Assembly: GCA_042572165.1 (NCBI GenBank)
Contig: JBHPFF010000003.1
Location: 1 to 56,233, forward strand
Reading direction: 5' to 3'
Source of the DNA: Candidatus Latescibacterota bacterium
Lineage (GTDB): Bacteria; Latescibacterota; Latescibacteria; Latescibacterales; Latescibacteraceae
DNA: 56,233 nt
Position numbers and translations under genes: made by a program
Notes under the pieces: generated by a model
Told to the model about the DNA's origin: nothing
Databases searched by the model: none
The model's input: the letters and a program-made list of their open reading frames with translations, nothing else
In this document: piece by piece, positions 1 to 8,827 of the stretch
How positions within the stretch are numbered: the first letter of the stretch is position 1
Layout: each line of letters begins with the position of its first letter

Positions 1-94
1 GGAAATAATAAAAAAATTGTGGGATATGGAGATTTATTGTGGGTAGCTACTTAAAAATACTTTCCGGATATTATCCCGATCTTTCCCAAGGTCA

Positions 95-145
95 TTTGCC
101 GAGATATTGTCTTGAATTGAACGATTGCGTTGCTATTCTGTTTAA
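95..145 (+). mobile_element. IS1380-family transposase C-terminal stub
   Basis: Translates FAEILS*IERLRCYSV*; closely similar to the stub at 17717-17770 (FAEILSRIERLRCCAC*). Confidence 0.7.
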
Positions 146-201
146 CTACACCGTTATTGGATTGATTCAATGGATATGTATCTATAAAATGTGATATTTC
201 A

Positions 202-346
202 CTGTTTACCAAGAATATACTTAGCAAATTTTAACGATTAGCATGCATAAAACACTTGCAAAAGAATTTGGAAGAAGTAATATTCGTTTATCAACAAGAT
301 TGCGGGGGATTTTGACTGCTCATAAATTTGATAAGGAGAATTCCGG
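202..346 (+). mobile_element. Degraded IS1380-family right end (transposase tail + IRR)
   Basis: Aligns by eye with 11731-11827 and the reverse complement of 16053-16200; terminal TCATAAATTTGATAAGGAGAATTCCGG at 320-346. Confidence 0.65.
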
Positions 347-627
347 GTATATAGGACAAATTCTACTATACCTTAGATGTGCGGGAGAGCTTGCATCAAA
401 TGACACTGGTGCGGTATTATCTATCCTTATGAAGTGATGTTGCATTATATCTTGAATAGTAGAATGGACTGATATATAACAATTTAGGTGATATTGTGTC
501 TGCCAAGGTTTTTCATGCCAAAGCGGTTGAAAGATTTATTTGAGTTGACTTCAATAAGTTTAGACTACATATTTTATTAGTATTCTATTATAAAATAACA
601 ACATAATTTATAAATTGAGGTATTAAT

Positions 628-1038
628 ATGGCATTCTTACAATGGGATGACAGTTTGAGTGTGAATATTAAAGAGATTGATAATCAACATGCTAATTTGA
701 TTGAAATGGCAAATAATCTCCACAACAGCTTAAAAGCAGGTCAAGGAAATAACATTTTGAGGCCGTTATTAAATTCTCTTGTTGAATATGCAATAACTCA
801 CTTTGCAACTGAAGAAAAGTGGATGAAAAAGTATAATTACCCTGAATTAATACAGCACAAACAGGAGCATCAAACATTTATTTCAGAAATTAAGAATTTT
901 ATAAATAAATATAAAGAAAGGACACCCTTGCTGGCTCGAGAAATACTATTATATCTTGGTAGTTGGTACAGAAAACATATCATTGAAAATGACAAAATGT
1001 TTGGAAAGTTTTTAGAAAAAAATAAAATAAATTTATAA
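628..1038 (+). CDS. Bacteriohemerythrin
   Basis: WDDSLSV..IDNQH, HFATEE, HKQEH, HIIEND di-iron ligand pattern; GAGG SD. Confidence 0.93.
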   Translation: MAFLQWDDSLSVNIKEIDNQHANLIEMANNLHNSLKAGQGNNILRPLLNSLVEYAITHFATEEKWMKKYNYPELIQHKQEHQTFISEIKNFINKYKERTPLLAREILLYLGSWYRKHIIENDKMFGKFLEKNKINL

Positions 1039-1184
1039 TTTGCAGTAATCGTCTTACCTAATAATTGGTTTATACTACTCATCTTAATTTATTTTTATTT
1101 GACTTGCCATATTATGGATGTGTATAGTCTTTTATTTTCGAGTTTATAAATGAGCTTATTTTTTTAATTAAGGATGAGTCTATT

Positions 1185-1535
1185 ATGGTACTTAGTAAAG
1201 AATTCACCCATTGTCCAAAATGTGAGACTGTTTGGAACAGGAGAATTGATTTTCTTTCTGATACTTCAACCGCAATTGTTGCTTATAATCCAGATTTTGA
1301 ATATTTAAACCAAGGCACCTTCGTTTTTAAGCATGATACTTGCGATTCAAACATTGAACTTCAGGTAATCAATTTTAATGACCTATATAATGGGCAAATT
1401 TTCACAGAGAGAAAAACAGGAACAAAAAACTGTCCTGAGTACTGTCTTAATTCATCCGAATTACGTCCTTGCCCTGAAGAATGTGAGTGTGCTTATGTTA
1501 GGGAAATAATGCAGACTCTAATACCAGTTTATTGA
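1185..1535 (+). CDS. Cys-rich hypothetical protein (putative metal-binding)
   Basis: CPKC, HDTC, CPEYC, CPEECEC motifs; SD-like AAGGATGAG. Confidence 0.7.
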   Translation: MVLSKEFTHCPKCETVWNRRIDFLSDTSTAIVAYNPDFEYLNQGTFVFKHDTCDSNIELQVINFNDLYNGQIFTERKTGTKNCPEYCLNSSELRPCPEECECAYVREIMQTLIPVY

Positions 1536-2275
1536 GTATTTAGGAATTCTTGTCAAAATTGAAGTATAACCATGATATATGTTTTTAATCTATTATTGCT
1601 TGATATATATGATCACGCTATTTCTCCGATATAACCATTCTTTCCAACAAACTGTACTCAATGTTGGATTACATCTCTGCCCTTAAACGCTCTCAGAATA
1701 CACGATAGAGATATTCATGACTATGTTTGTGATGTTATTCGAGCTATATTCTTACGCCCAATTGGAAACAAGGTAAAAACCGCTAAAATGTTAATTAGAA
1801 AACAGCATTTTCATCATCAAATTTTTCTTACCCCTATCCATAATACCTTTTTTTATTTTTTAGCTCTCGAAACCACCGTTTTGCCAGTATGTTTTCACCT
1901 CTGTTTTAAGTTCTGAATGCAACCTATTCCACCTTTTATGTATGGATTTCACCATACGAAGCACATTTTATTATTATAGTGTCTGACATTAATTACCTCT
2001 ATTACTTAATATTTTAAAAAAATCAAAATATATTTTTAACAGGCTCTGAGTTTATAGTTGTTTACAAAATATTCTCACAAAAATATATCTGTGATGTTTA
2101 ATAATAAGCAAATCAAGGAAACAGTTACATTTTCGTTTCAATCCATAGAATAAATGAGTATACTGAATGGGAAGCAGTTGAGCAATTTCCCGCAAATCAT
2201 TTATTTACTTGAGAAATAGGGAAGTCGCATATTCTGCTGTAATTAGATATCGCTTTGACCATAGGAAGGTGAGCC

Positions 2276-3016
2276 ATGAATCGACTGAATTGGCAAATGT
2301 TGATTGGGGTAGCGCTGCTAATTCTTTCAATCATTCTTTATGCCGCACACTATTTCATTTTTCACGATCTGCACCACATCTTCATTTACATGGTTGGTGA
2401 CATCGCCTTCGTACCGATTGAGGTACTCCTGGTAACCTTAATTTTGCATCGTATACTGAGTTATAGGGAGAAGCAGGTGCTTCTGAAAAAGCTTAATATG
2501 GTGATTGGGGCATTTTATAATGAGACCGGAACGGAACTCCTGGGAATGTTGACACCCTTTCTGGTGGATGCCGAGCAGGTTACTCCTGCACTCAGGTTTA
2601 ACACCACCTGGAAAGATGCCGATTTTAATCGCGCCCAGAGCACTTTCACCTACGAAACCTGCTGGATGAACAGCAAGAGACAGAACATGGATGATCTAAA
2701 GACATTTTTAGAATCACATAAAACGTTTCTCCTTCGTCTTTTGGAAAATCCTAACCTGCTCGAACACGATTCTTTCACCGATTTGCTCTGGGCAGTGTTC
2801 CATCTTGCCGACGAGCTTGTACACCGTGAACGGCTGACCGACCTCACCAACGAGGACCTTGAACACCTTTCAGGCGACATGAAACGGGCTTATATCTTTC
2901 TTGTTTCCGAGTGGCTGAAATACATGAACCACATCCGTCTTGAATACCCCTACCTTTATTCAATAGCGGTGCGCACTAATCCGTTTGATCCCTCCGCTCG
3001 GGTGGAGATAGCCTGA
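2276..3016 (+). CDS. Hypothetical membrane protein (2 N-terminal TM helices)
   Basis: 246-aa ORF, SD AGGAAGGTGA, two hydrophobic segments then a soluble helical domain. Confidence 0.8.
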   Translation: MNRLNWQMLIGVALLILSIILYAAHYFIFHDLHHIFIYMVGDIAFVPIEVLLVTLILHRILSYREKQVLLKKLNMVIGAFYNETGTELLGMLTPFLVDAEQVTPALRFNTTWKDADFNRAQSTFTYETCWMNSKRQNMDDLKTFLESHKTFLLRLLENPNLLEHDSFTDLLWAVFHLADELVHRERLTDLTNEDLEHLSGDMKRAYIFLVSEWLKYMNHIRLEYPYLYSIAVRTNPFDPSARVEIA

Positions 3017-3525
3017 AGTTCCGCGCCGAAGAAATCGGAACTGAGGCGTAACCGTAACGTAGGTAATCATGGAGATCTTGTTTTCTCACCTTTAACTCAG
3101 TACTATGTGACCATCAAAAAAACGAATGAGAAGGAAGGATAGATGTCTGCCAAGTCAGACGAATTTACCGTCAACATATACAATATATATTATCATATTA
3201 TGTCATGAATATCATAGATGATTTTGCTCTTAAATAATCCCCGTTTAATCCCGCGAGCATATGACCACTAAATGAGTTGGCTCTAGCTGATTGTTAATAT
3301 AAATATTAGAAAAACTCCAGATTGCATGGGACGCGGGAATCGAACCCGCGTCTTATGCGCATACTGTTTAGCGCAAACACCATTCTGAAGCACGAAATAC
3401 AGCCCCAGAATCCACGATCTCCGTTGAGGGAATACCTATCATGGATAGTTGGTAAACTGGACAAAACAAGGCAGTATTCTGCAATCAGAATCTCATTTAT
3501 ATCCTTAGCAAGTAAAGCCAAAACC

Positions 3526-3663
3526 CCTAAGCATCAAGCTACCCCTGTTAATCTCTGGGGATACCGGAATGTTTATGTATGTCAGGGGCGGGTTTGATAT
3601 CAAGTGAGGCGCACAGAGCATTGAAATTTTATTTTTAGACCGTGCTAATGGAAAAAGTCAGTT
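3526..3663 (-). repeat. Dispersed repeat family R, copy 1 (A + core)
   Basis: Reverse complement aligns with 13702-13838, including the core GGTRTCCCCAGAGRTTAACRGGGGTAGCTTGATGCTTAGG. Confidence 0.85.
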
Positions 3664-3740
3664 AATCTCACAATAGATGAATCGTTGCGGGAGTGGATTG
3701 TGGAAAGGAAACCCAAACCTTACGGACATTTGATGTTTTG

Positions 3741-3814
3741 GTCAAACGGATAGGGATCAGCCGACAACATGAAGCGAAGTGGAATGATGTTCGGCCTGTA
3801 TCCCTTTGTTATAC
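3741..3814 (-). mobile_element. Integron attC site of the SDR cassette
   Basis: Minus strand GTATAAC-AAAGG-GAT(A)CAG(G)CCGA...TCGGCTGATCC-CTATCC-GTTTGAC, 74 bp, 8 bp after the SDR stop. Confidence 0.7.
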
Positions 3815-3822
3815 GTTAGTCT

Positions 3823-4584
3823 TTAATGAAGATAAGAAGCTCCATTAATATCAACAATGCCCCCAGTCAAATAATCGGAGACTTTGCTAGCTAAAAACAC
3901 AACCGTGTGTGCGATTTCTTCAGTTGTTGCAGTACGCCCCAGAGGACTTTGATGGCGAATAGAGTCCCCATCAGAACCAGATAGCAATGAATCTGTCATC
4001 TCTGTATGTACAAAAGATGGTGCTATCGCGTAAATAAAAATGTTGTATGGCGCGAGAGCTTGTGCCAACGATTGGCTGAGAGCGTTTAATCCAGCTTTGC
4101 TAGCCCCATAAGCAGGGGCATTTGGTTCACCTCGAAAGGCACCTCTCGATGATACATTGACAATTTTGCCACCACCATGCTCTATCATATGCTGAATAAT
4201 ACAAAAAGATAAATTGGCTGGTCCTGTTAAATTAGTACGTATAGTCCTTTCCCATGTATCTTGCCACTTTTCATATGTACAATCAGTTGTTTGGAGTTCC
4301 TCATATATCCCCGCATTATTAACCAGAATATTAATTCTGCCAATTTTACGAATTACAGTTGTGGTCATATCTTTAACAGCAGCAGGGTTGGATAGATCGG
4401 CCTGAACTAGTAAATGAGAGTCACCAGGAAGATCAGCTAAGGTTTGCTCAGCAAGCCGATGATTCTTGTGGTAATGAACTACCACTTGTGCACGTAATCT
4501 TGCAAATTGCAGGGCAATTGCTCGTCCAATTCCGCGCGAACTACCTGTTACAAATACAACCATATTCGTAAAATCAAAGTCCAC
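3823..4584 (-). CDS. Short-chain dehydrogenase/reductase (FabG-like), gene cassette
   Basis: TGSSRGIG, NNAG, YGASK motifs; SD AAGGAGG + GTG. Confidence 0.93.
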   Translation of the reverse strand: MDFDFTNMVVFVTGSSRGIGRAIALQFARLRAQVVVHYHKNHRLAEQTLADLPGDSHLLVQADLSNPAAVKDMTTTVIRKIGRINILVNNAGIYEELQTTDCTYEKWQDTWERTIRTNLTGPANLSFCIIQHMIEHGGGKIVNVSSRGAFRGEPNAPAYGASKAGLNALSQSLAQALAPYNIFIYAIAPSFVHTEMTDSLLSGSDGDSIRHQSPLGRTATTEEIAHTVVFLASKVSDYLTGGIVDINGASYLH

Positions 4585-4645
4585 GTTATCCTCCTTCCGT
4601 AATGCTATTAAGCCATAATGTGTTTAAGAAAATGAGTCTTTAACT

Positions 4646-4724
4646 GTATAACACCGCGGTTCACCTGCCGTCACTATCAATATAGCACATAACTAAGGCA
4701 GTCAGGTGCAATCGCTTGTTAGAC
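4646..4724 (-). mobile_element. Integron attC site
   Basis: Minus strand GTCTAAC-AAGCG-ATT(G)CACCTG(A)C...GCAGGTGAACC-GCGGT-GTTATAC, 79 bp, with R/L boxes and two extrahelical bases. Confidence 0.85.
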
Positions 4725-4772
4725 ATAAAATAATTTTATCCCTTTGCTTCCTGATTAACACTATGTGGACTA

Positions 4773-4967
4773 TTATTTTTTCGAGTAAATAATATATTCG
4801 ACAATTAATAAAAACAATGGAAAAGCAATGCTTAATAAAATCTGAGTATCCAATCCAATAACACTCTCTCCTTTTATCATATTTAACGACCTAAATATTA
4901 GAAATATTATGATTCCTAGCGTCATGTTTTGAAGTGTCCCGAAAATCCAAAAATTTTTTGTGTTCAC
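4773..4967 (-). CDS. Small 2-TM hypothetical protein, gene cassette
   Basis: SD AAGGAG 7 nt before GTG at 4967 (track ORF starts at 4994); two hydrophobic helices; lies between GTTAGAT and attC. Confidence 0.65.
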   Translation of the reverse strand: MNTKNFWIFGTLQNMTLGIIIFLIFRSLNMIKGESVIGLDTQILLSIAFPLFLLIVEYIIYSKK

Positions 4968-4999
4968 GATTAATCTCCTTATGTATTCAAACACTTAGT

Positions 5000-5066
5000 A
5001 TCTAACTAGGTCTTATATAGTTTCTATGCTAAGAATCTATATATAGATATTTGAGCTATATAAGAC
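5000..5066 (-). mobile_element. Degenerate attC/attI-like hairpin ending in core site GTTAGAT
   Basis: Inverted repeat GTCTTATATAG 5010-5020 / CTATATAAGAC 5056-5066, inner palindrome 5035-5048; no recognisable R'' box. Confidence 0.45.
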
Positions 5067-5220
5067 TCCAATAAAAATTCAACAGCAATACCACAATATT
5101 ACTGTGGCTATCACGCAAAATCAAGCCGAATATGTTACCGGCACATCCACAATCACAAACATCTCCATGCCTCAGTCCAATCCGCATATATTGGGTTCAG
5201 ATTTGTGATTTTGTTTTTCG

Positions 5221-6363
5221 TCAGGATTTGTGGTCAACGCTCTTCTGCAATACCCGCAGGAAATTGTCGCCCCAAAACTTCTTTATCTCTTCCTCGGTCA
5301 AGCCGCGAACCAGCATGGCGCGCGTGAGAAGCACGAGCTGCGACACATCGGGCACTATCGGAGGATCTGAGAAACCGTCATAATCTGAGCCAAAGCCCAC
5401 CGTATCGATACCAACCAGGTCCGCCACATACAAAATATGATCCACCACGCGGTCGATGGTGGCTTTCTCCGGATCGTCGTCGATGTACCCGGGGAGAACT
5501 ACGATGCCCATGACGCCGCCTCGTTCGGCGAGAGCCTTGATCTGATCGTCCGTTAAACACCGATATTGATGGCAGAGAGAAAAGACAGCCGTGTGGCTCA
5601 TAATCGGCGGCCTCGTGGTGTGTTCGATGACATCAAAGAAGGCCTTGTCGTTGGAGTGGGAAAGATCGGTGATGATACCCATCTCATTTTCCGTCTTCAG
5701 CACCTCCATGCCGAAGGGAGTCAGGCCGACAGCGTTTTTGCGCTGCGCCTCCCGGTCTGCAAGCGTGCAGGCACCGGTGACACTCCGGGTGCCCTGCAGG
5801 AAGGTCGGGTCGCTCCCCCCCTCTCCGTGGGTGATGTGCACCGAGCGCACCCCGAGGCGATACAACAGCCGGAGGATATTCACATTCCCGTTGAGCCATC
5901 TTGCAGGGCCTTCAATTTCCATTATAATACCGACCTTGCCGGTCTTTCCGGCGCGAACCGCATCCTGTGATGAAAGAACCAGCATGAGGTCCTCGGGATG
6001 CGTATCAATCTGCTCCAGGATGAATTCGGTAATAGTCCAGAGGTCGGTGACCGCACTGTCCTCCACGAGAAAAAGCCCGACGTATTGCTGTCCACCTTCC
6101 GTCATCCGGGGTATGTCCGAATGGTAGGATGTATCTCGCTTCATCCAGCTCTTTGGATCCTCTTTACGGGCAAATCTTCTCACCGATGTATCCTGGTGGC
6201 CATCAATGATGATGCATTTTCGGTGAACGTCCCAGGCCTGCTCCATGGTGATCCCGCTTTTTGCAGCCCTTTCCTTCGCAAATGCGGGTGCCACCCCTGA
6301 TGAAATGATTGCGGCAATTCCCGCTGTCGCTGTTTCCTGCATGAATGTTCGCCGAGTTTTCAT
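5221..6363 (-). CDS. Membrane dipeptidase (peptidase M19) with Tat signal
   Basis: TRRTFM Tat motif; DGHQD, IEG, DLSH, SH, GSDYDG motifs. Confidence 0.9.
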   Translation of the reverse strand: MKTRRTFMQETATAGIAAIISSGVAPAFAKERAAKSGITMEQAWDVHRKCIIIDGHQDTSVRRFARKEDPKSWMKRDTSYHSDIPRMTEGGQQYVGLFLVEDSAVTDLWTITEFILEQIDTHPEDLMLVLSSQDAVRAGKTGKVGIIMEIEGPARWLNGNVNILRLLYRLGVRSVHITHGEGGSDPTFLQGTRSVTGACTLADREAQRKNAVGLTPFGMEVLKTENEMGIITDLSHSNDKAFFDVIEHTTRPPIMSHTAVFSLCHQYRCLTDDQIKALAERGGVMGIVVLPGYIDDDPEKATIDRVVDHILYVADLVGIDTVGFGSDYDGFSDPPIVPDVSQLVLLTRAMLVRGLTEEEIKKFWGDNFLRVLQKSVDHKS

Positions 6364-6396
6364 GTTTCCTCCCGCTGTGACAGAACAGTATATGAA

Positions 6397-6423
6397 CCGA
6401 TATTCCCCATATCAAAATCATGA
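6397..6423 (-). mobile_element. IS1380-family right inverted repeat stub
   Basis: CCGATATTCCCCATATCAAAATCATGA, 34 bp upstream of the dipeptidase start. Confidence 0.75.
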
Positions 6424-6451
6424 AAGATTATGTTTATGTCCCATTTTCCAG

Positions 6452-6529
6452 TTATTTCACCAACACCATCTTCCTCGTCTCACTAAATCCATTTGCTTTC
6501 AAAGTGAGGAAGTAAAAACCAGTTGGTAT
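6452..6529 (-). pseudogene. Orphan 3' end of a T9SS type-A/FlgD-like C-terminal sorting domain
   Basis: IPTGFYFLTLKANGFSETRKMVLVK*, no start or N-terminal body. Confidence 0.75.
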
Positions 6530-6631
6530 ATTTGCTGTATAATGCTAAATGTTGTTTAATACATACACACTAGTTATATATATGTTGTATGTATAATGTT
6601 ACTTTAACCCGCCTAAATGTACTACTGTTAT

Positions 6632-7012
6632 TCAAGTTCTTTCGAGTATGTCGGCTATTATATTGTTCACAATATCGGGTTTGAAGCCGAATTTCATGGC
6701 AACAAGCGAGCACAATTGAAATTCTTCTTCATATATTTTCCTATCGATCATCATCATACCAATTAGCGCTGCAAGTTCTTCGATTCGGTCTTTTTCGTTT
6801 TGGGGAACTTCAATCTTCGGCATCTCGGAGTTGTTAACAATATCATCTAACTCATTCCCAGAAATACCCCACTCTTCAGCCACCTCCATCAATAACGCTT
6901 TTTCGTTTATATTGAAGTCATTATCTACTGCAGCGAGTGATGATAGAATTTTGATAAATGACCTCTTCTGTTCATCTGATAGATTTTTGTTTTTATTTTC
7001 GGATTTTGGCAT
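6632..7012 (-). CDS. TerB-family (tellurite-resistance fold) protein
   Basis: Duplicated LAAVDNDFNINE / MMMIDRKIYEEE motifs; SD AAAGGA. Confidence 0.8.
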   Translation of the reverse strand: MPKSENKNKNLSDEQKRSFIKILSSLAAVDNDFNINEKALLMEVAEEWGISGNELDDIVNNSEMPKIEVPQNEKDRIEELAALIGMMMIDRKIYEEEFQLCSLVAMKFGFKPDIVNNIIADILERT

Positions 7013-7077
7013 ATGTGCTTCCTTTCAATATTATTATTTGAAGTAAAGTAGCTGCAATCTAAATCATAACTAGTGAT

Positions 7078-7215
7078 TGTATGTCGTCAAAGCATTTTGG
7101 ACACTTACAGTTAAAAATTAAGGTGTAGATTTAGTAAGAAGCAACTGCTTTTTTTAAACCTCCTTTCCCTTGGTTATATGCTCGCCTCATCTTCATCGTT
7201 ATGAACATCAACTTC
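7078..7215 (-). mobile_element. IS3-like right end stub with transposase tail
   Basis: Terminus TGTATGTCGTCAAAGCATTTTGGACAC; minus strand TMKMRRAYNQGKGGLKK; homologous to 22503 and 24114. Confidence 0.7.
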
Positions 7216-7373
7216 ACCTTGACTTTTCCTATTATTCGGATAAATTAATGGTAGGATGTTTAGAGGTTTTTACGATTTACATTACGCCCTCAACAACGGT
7301 CTGCTGACCAACACAAGAAGTGGTCCAAATAGTAGGGCAGGTCATTAAGCCGAATGGCCTGACAAAGTCTCTA

Positions 7374-8618
7374 ATGAATATTTTTGCTATCATAATTCTC
7401 TCAACATTGATTCTTGATTTTGTAATGAATCTCATTGCAGATATTCTGAATCTTAAAACACTAAGCCGCGAACTTCCAGAAGAATTCAAAGACACCTATG
7501 ACGAAAAGAAATATCGCATGTCACAGGATTATACAAGGGTGAAAATTCTCTTTGAATCCACCATATCCGTTGTGAGCCTTGCTGTACTGCTCGCATTCTG
7601 GTTTGCTGGTGGTTTTAATTTCATTGACGTCAGAGTTCAATCGTGGAACCTGAATCCGATACTGAGCGGTGTACTTTATATTGCAATTTTACTTATTCTC
7701 AGACAGATCCTGTCATTGCCCTTCAAGATAGTCACTACCTTCGTCATTGAGGAACATTTTGGTTTTAACAGGACGACTCCAAGCACTTTTATTAAGGATT
7801 TATTCAAAGGATTGACGCTTGCAGTACTTTTAGGTGGACCGTTTTTTGCTGGGATACTGATTATGTTTTCTTACGTTGGTAATTATGCCTGGTTGCACTG
7901 CTGGATAGCAGCGACACTATTTACCCTCTTTCTTCAATTTATCCTGCCCACATGGATTTTACCAATCTTTAACACGTTCAAACCCATTGAGAAAGGGAAG
8001 CTTAAAGACAGTATCCTCAAGTATGCTCGAGCGGTAAATTTTTCGATCACCGACATTTTTTCAATCGATGGCTCCAAGCGTTCAACTAAGTCAAACGCAT
8101 TTTTTACAGGATTTGGCAAAAACAAACGTATTGCCCTATTTGATACATTAGTGGCAAACCATACAGTACCCGAACTGGTTGCCATTCTAGCTCATGAGAT
8201 CGGACACTATAAAAAGGGGCATATTGTTCGGGGTATGATTGTCAGTATTCTCCACATGGGTGTTATCTTTTTCCTTCTATCGATATTTATAAGCAATGAG
8301 AAACTTTTTAAAGCTTTTTACATGGAACACATTTCTCTATATGCAGGATTTGTTTTTTTTAGCATGCTCTATACACCAGTTGAACTTTTTCTTTCGATCT
8401 TTATGAATATGCTTTCTCGCAGAAATGAATTCCAAGCTGACCTGTTTGCATCCGAAACAATAGAAAACACGAAACCTCTTATAGACGCTTTAAAAAAACT
8501 TTCGGTACATAACTTGACTAACCTCAGTCCTCACTCGTTTTATGTGCTTTTAACCTATTCTCATCCGCCGGTTTTGGAACGAATCAAAAAATTACAGAAA
8601 GTAAAACAATGTATGTAA
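7374..8618 (+). CDS. M48 family (Ste24/CAAX prenyl protease-like) membrane metallopeptidase
   Basis: HEIGH, NAFFTG, SRRNEFQAD, SHPP motifs, multiple TM; probable start 7374 (ORF open from 7320). Confidence 0.93.
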   Translation: MNIFAIIILSTLILDFVMNLIADILNLKTLSRELPEEFKDTYDEKKYRMSQDYTRVKILFESTISVVSLAVLLAFWFAGGFNFIDVRVQSWNLNPILSGVLYIAILLILRQILSLPFKIVTTFVIEEHFGFNRTTPSTFIKDLFKGLTLAVLLGGPFFAGILIMFSYVGNYAWLHCWIAATLFTLFLQFILPTWILPIFNTFKPIEKGKLKDSILKYARAVNFSITDIFSIDGSKRSTKSNAFFTGFGKNKRIALFDTLVANHTVPELVAILAHEIGHYKKGHIVRGMIVSILHMGVIFFLLSIFISNEKLFKAFYMEHISLYAGFVFFSMLYTPVELFLSIFMNMLSRRNEFQADLFASETIENTKPLIDALKKLSVHNLTNLSPHSFYVLLTYSHPPVLERIKKLQKVKQCM

Positions 8619-8827
8619 AAGTGCATATCGTCAGCGGTTTCGGCTAAGTTTCATATGCTCAGCGTTAAAAATTTCCATACTGAGTTTTTCGTGAACCCTG
8701 AGCATTGTGGTCTTCAGACATTACTGACGTATTTTCAGAAATCAAGCATGCATTTTTTATGTATCATTCTACACCCTATACCCACCCATTTTCCGCATTC
8801 TGCAAGGTATAGTAGTCACACCACACT

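Noticed and set aside
243-437. 64-aa ORF as a real gene
   Set aside because: It overlaps the IS1380 right-end stub and has no SD.
3240-3670. Complete tmRNA or tRNA gene
   Set aside because: Only a T-loop-like hairpin is present; no acceptor stem, CCA or tag frame was recognised.
7270-7370. Riboswitch upstream of the M48 gene (CAGGTCATT/AATGGCCTG hairpin)
   Set aside because: It is a single hairpin with no aptamer consensus I can recognise; an Rfam scan would be needed.
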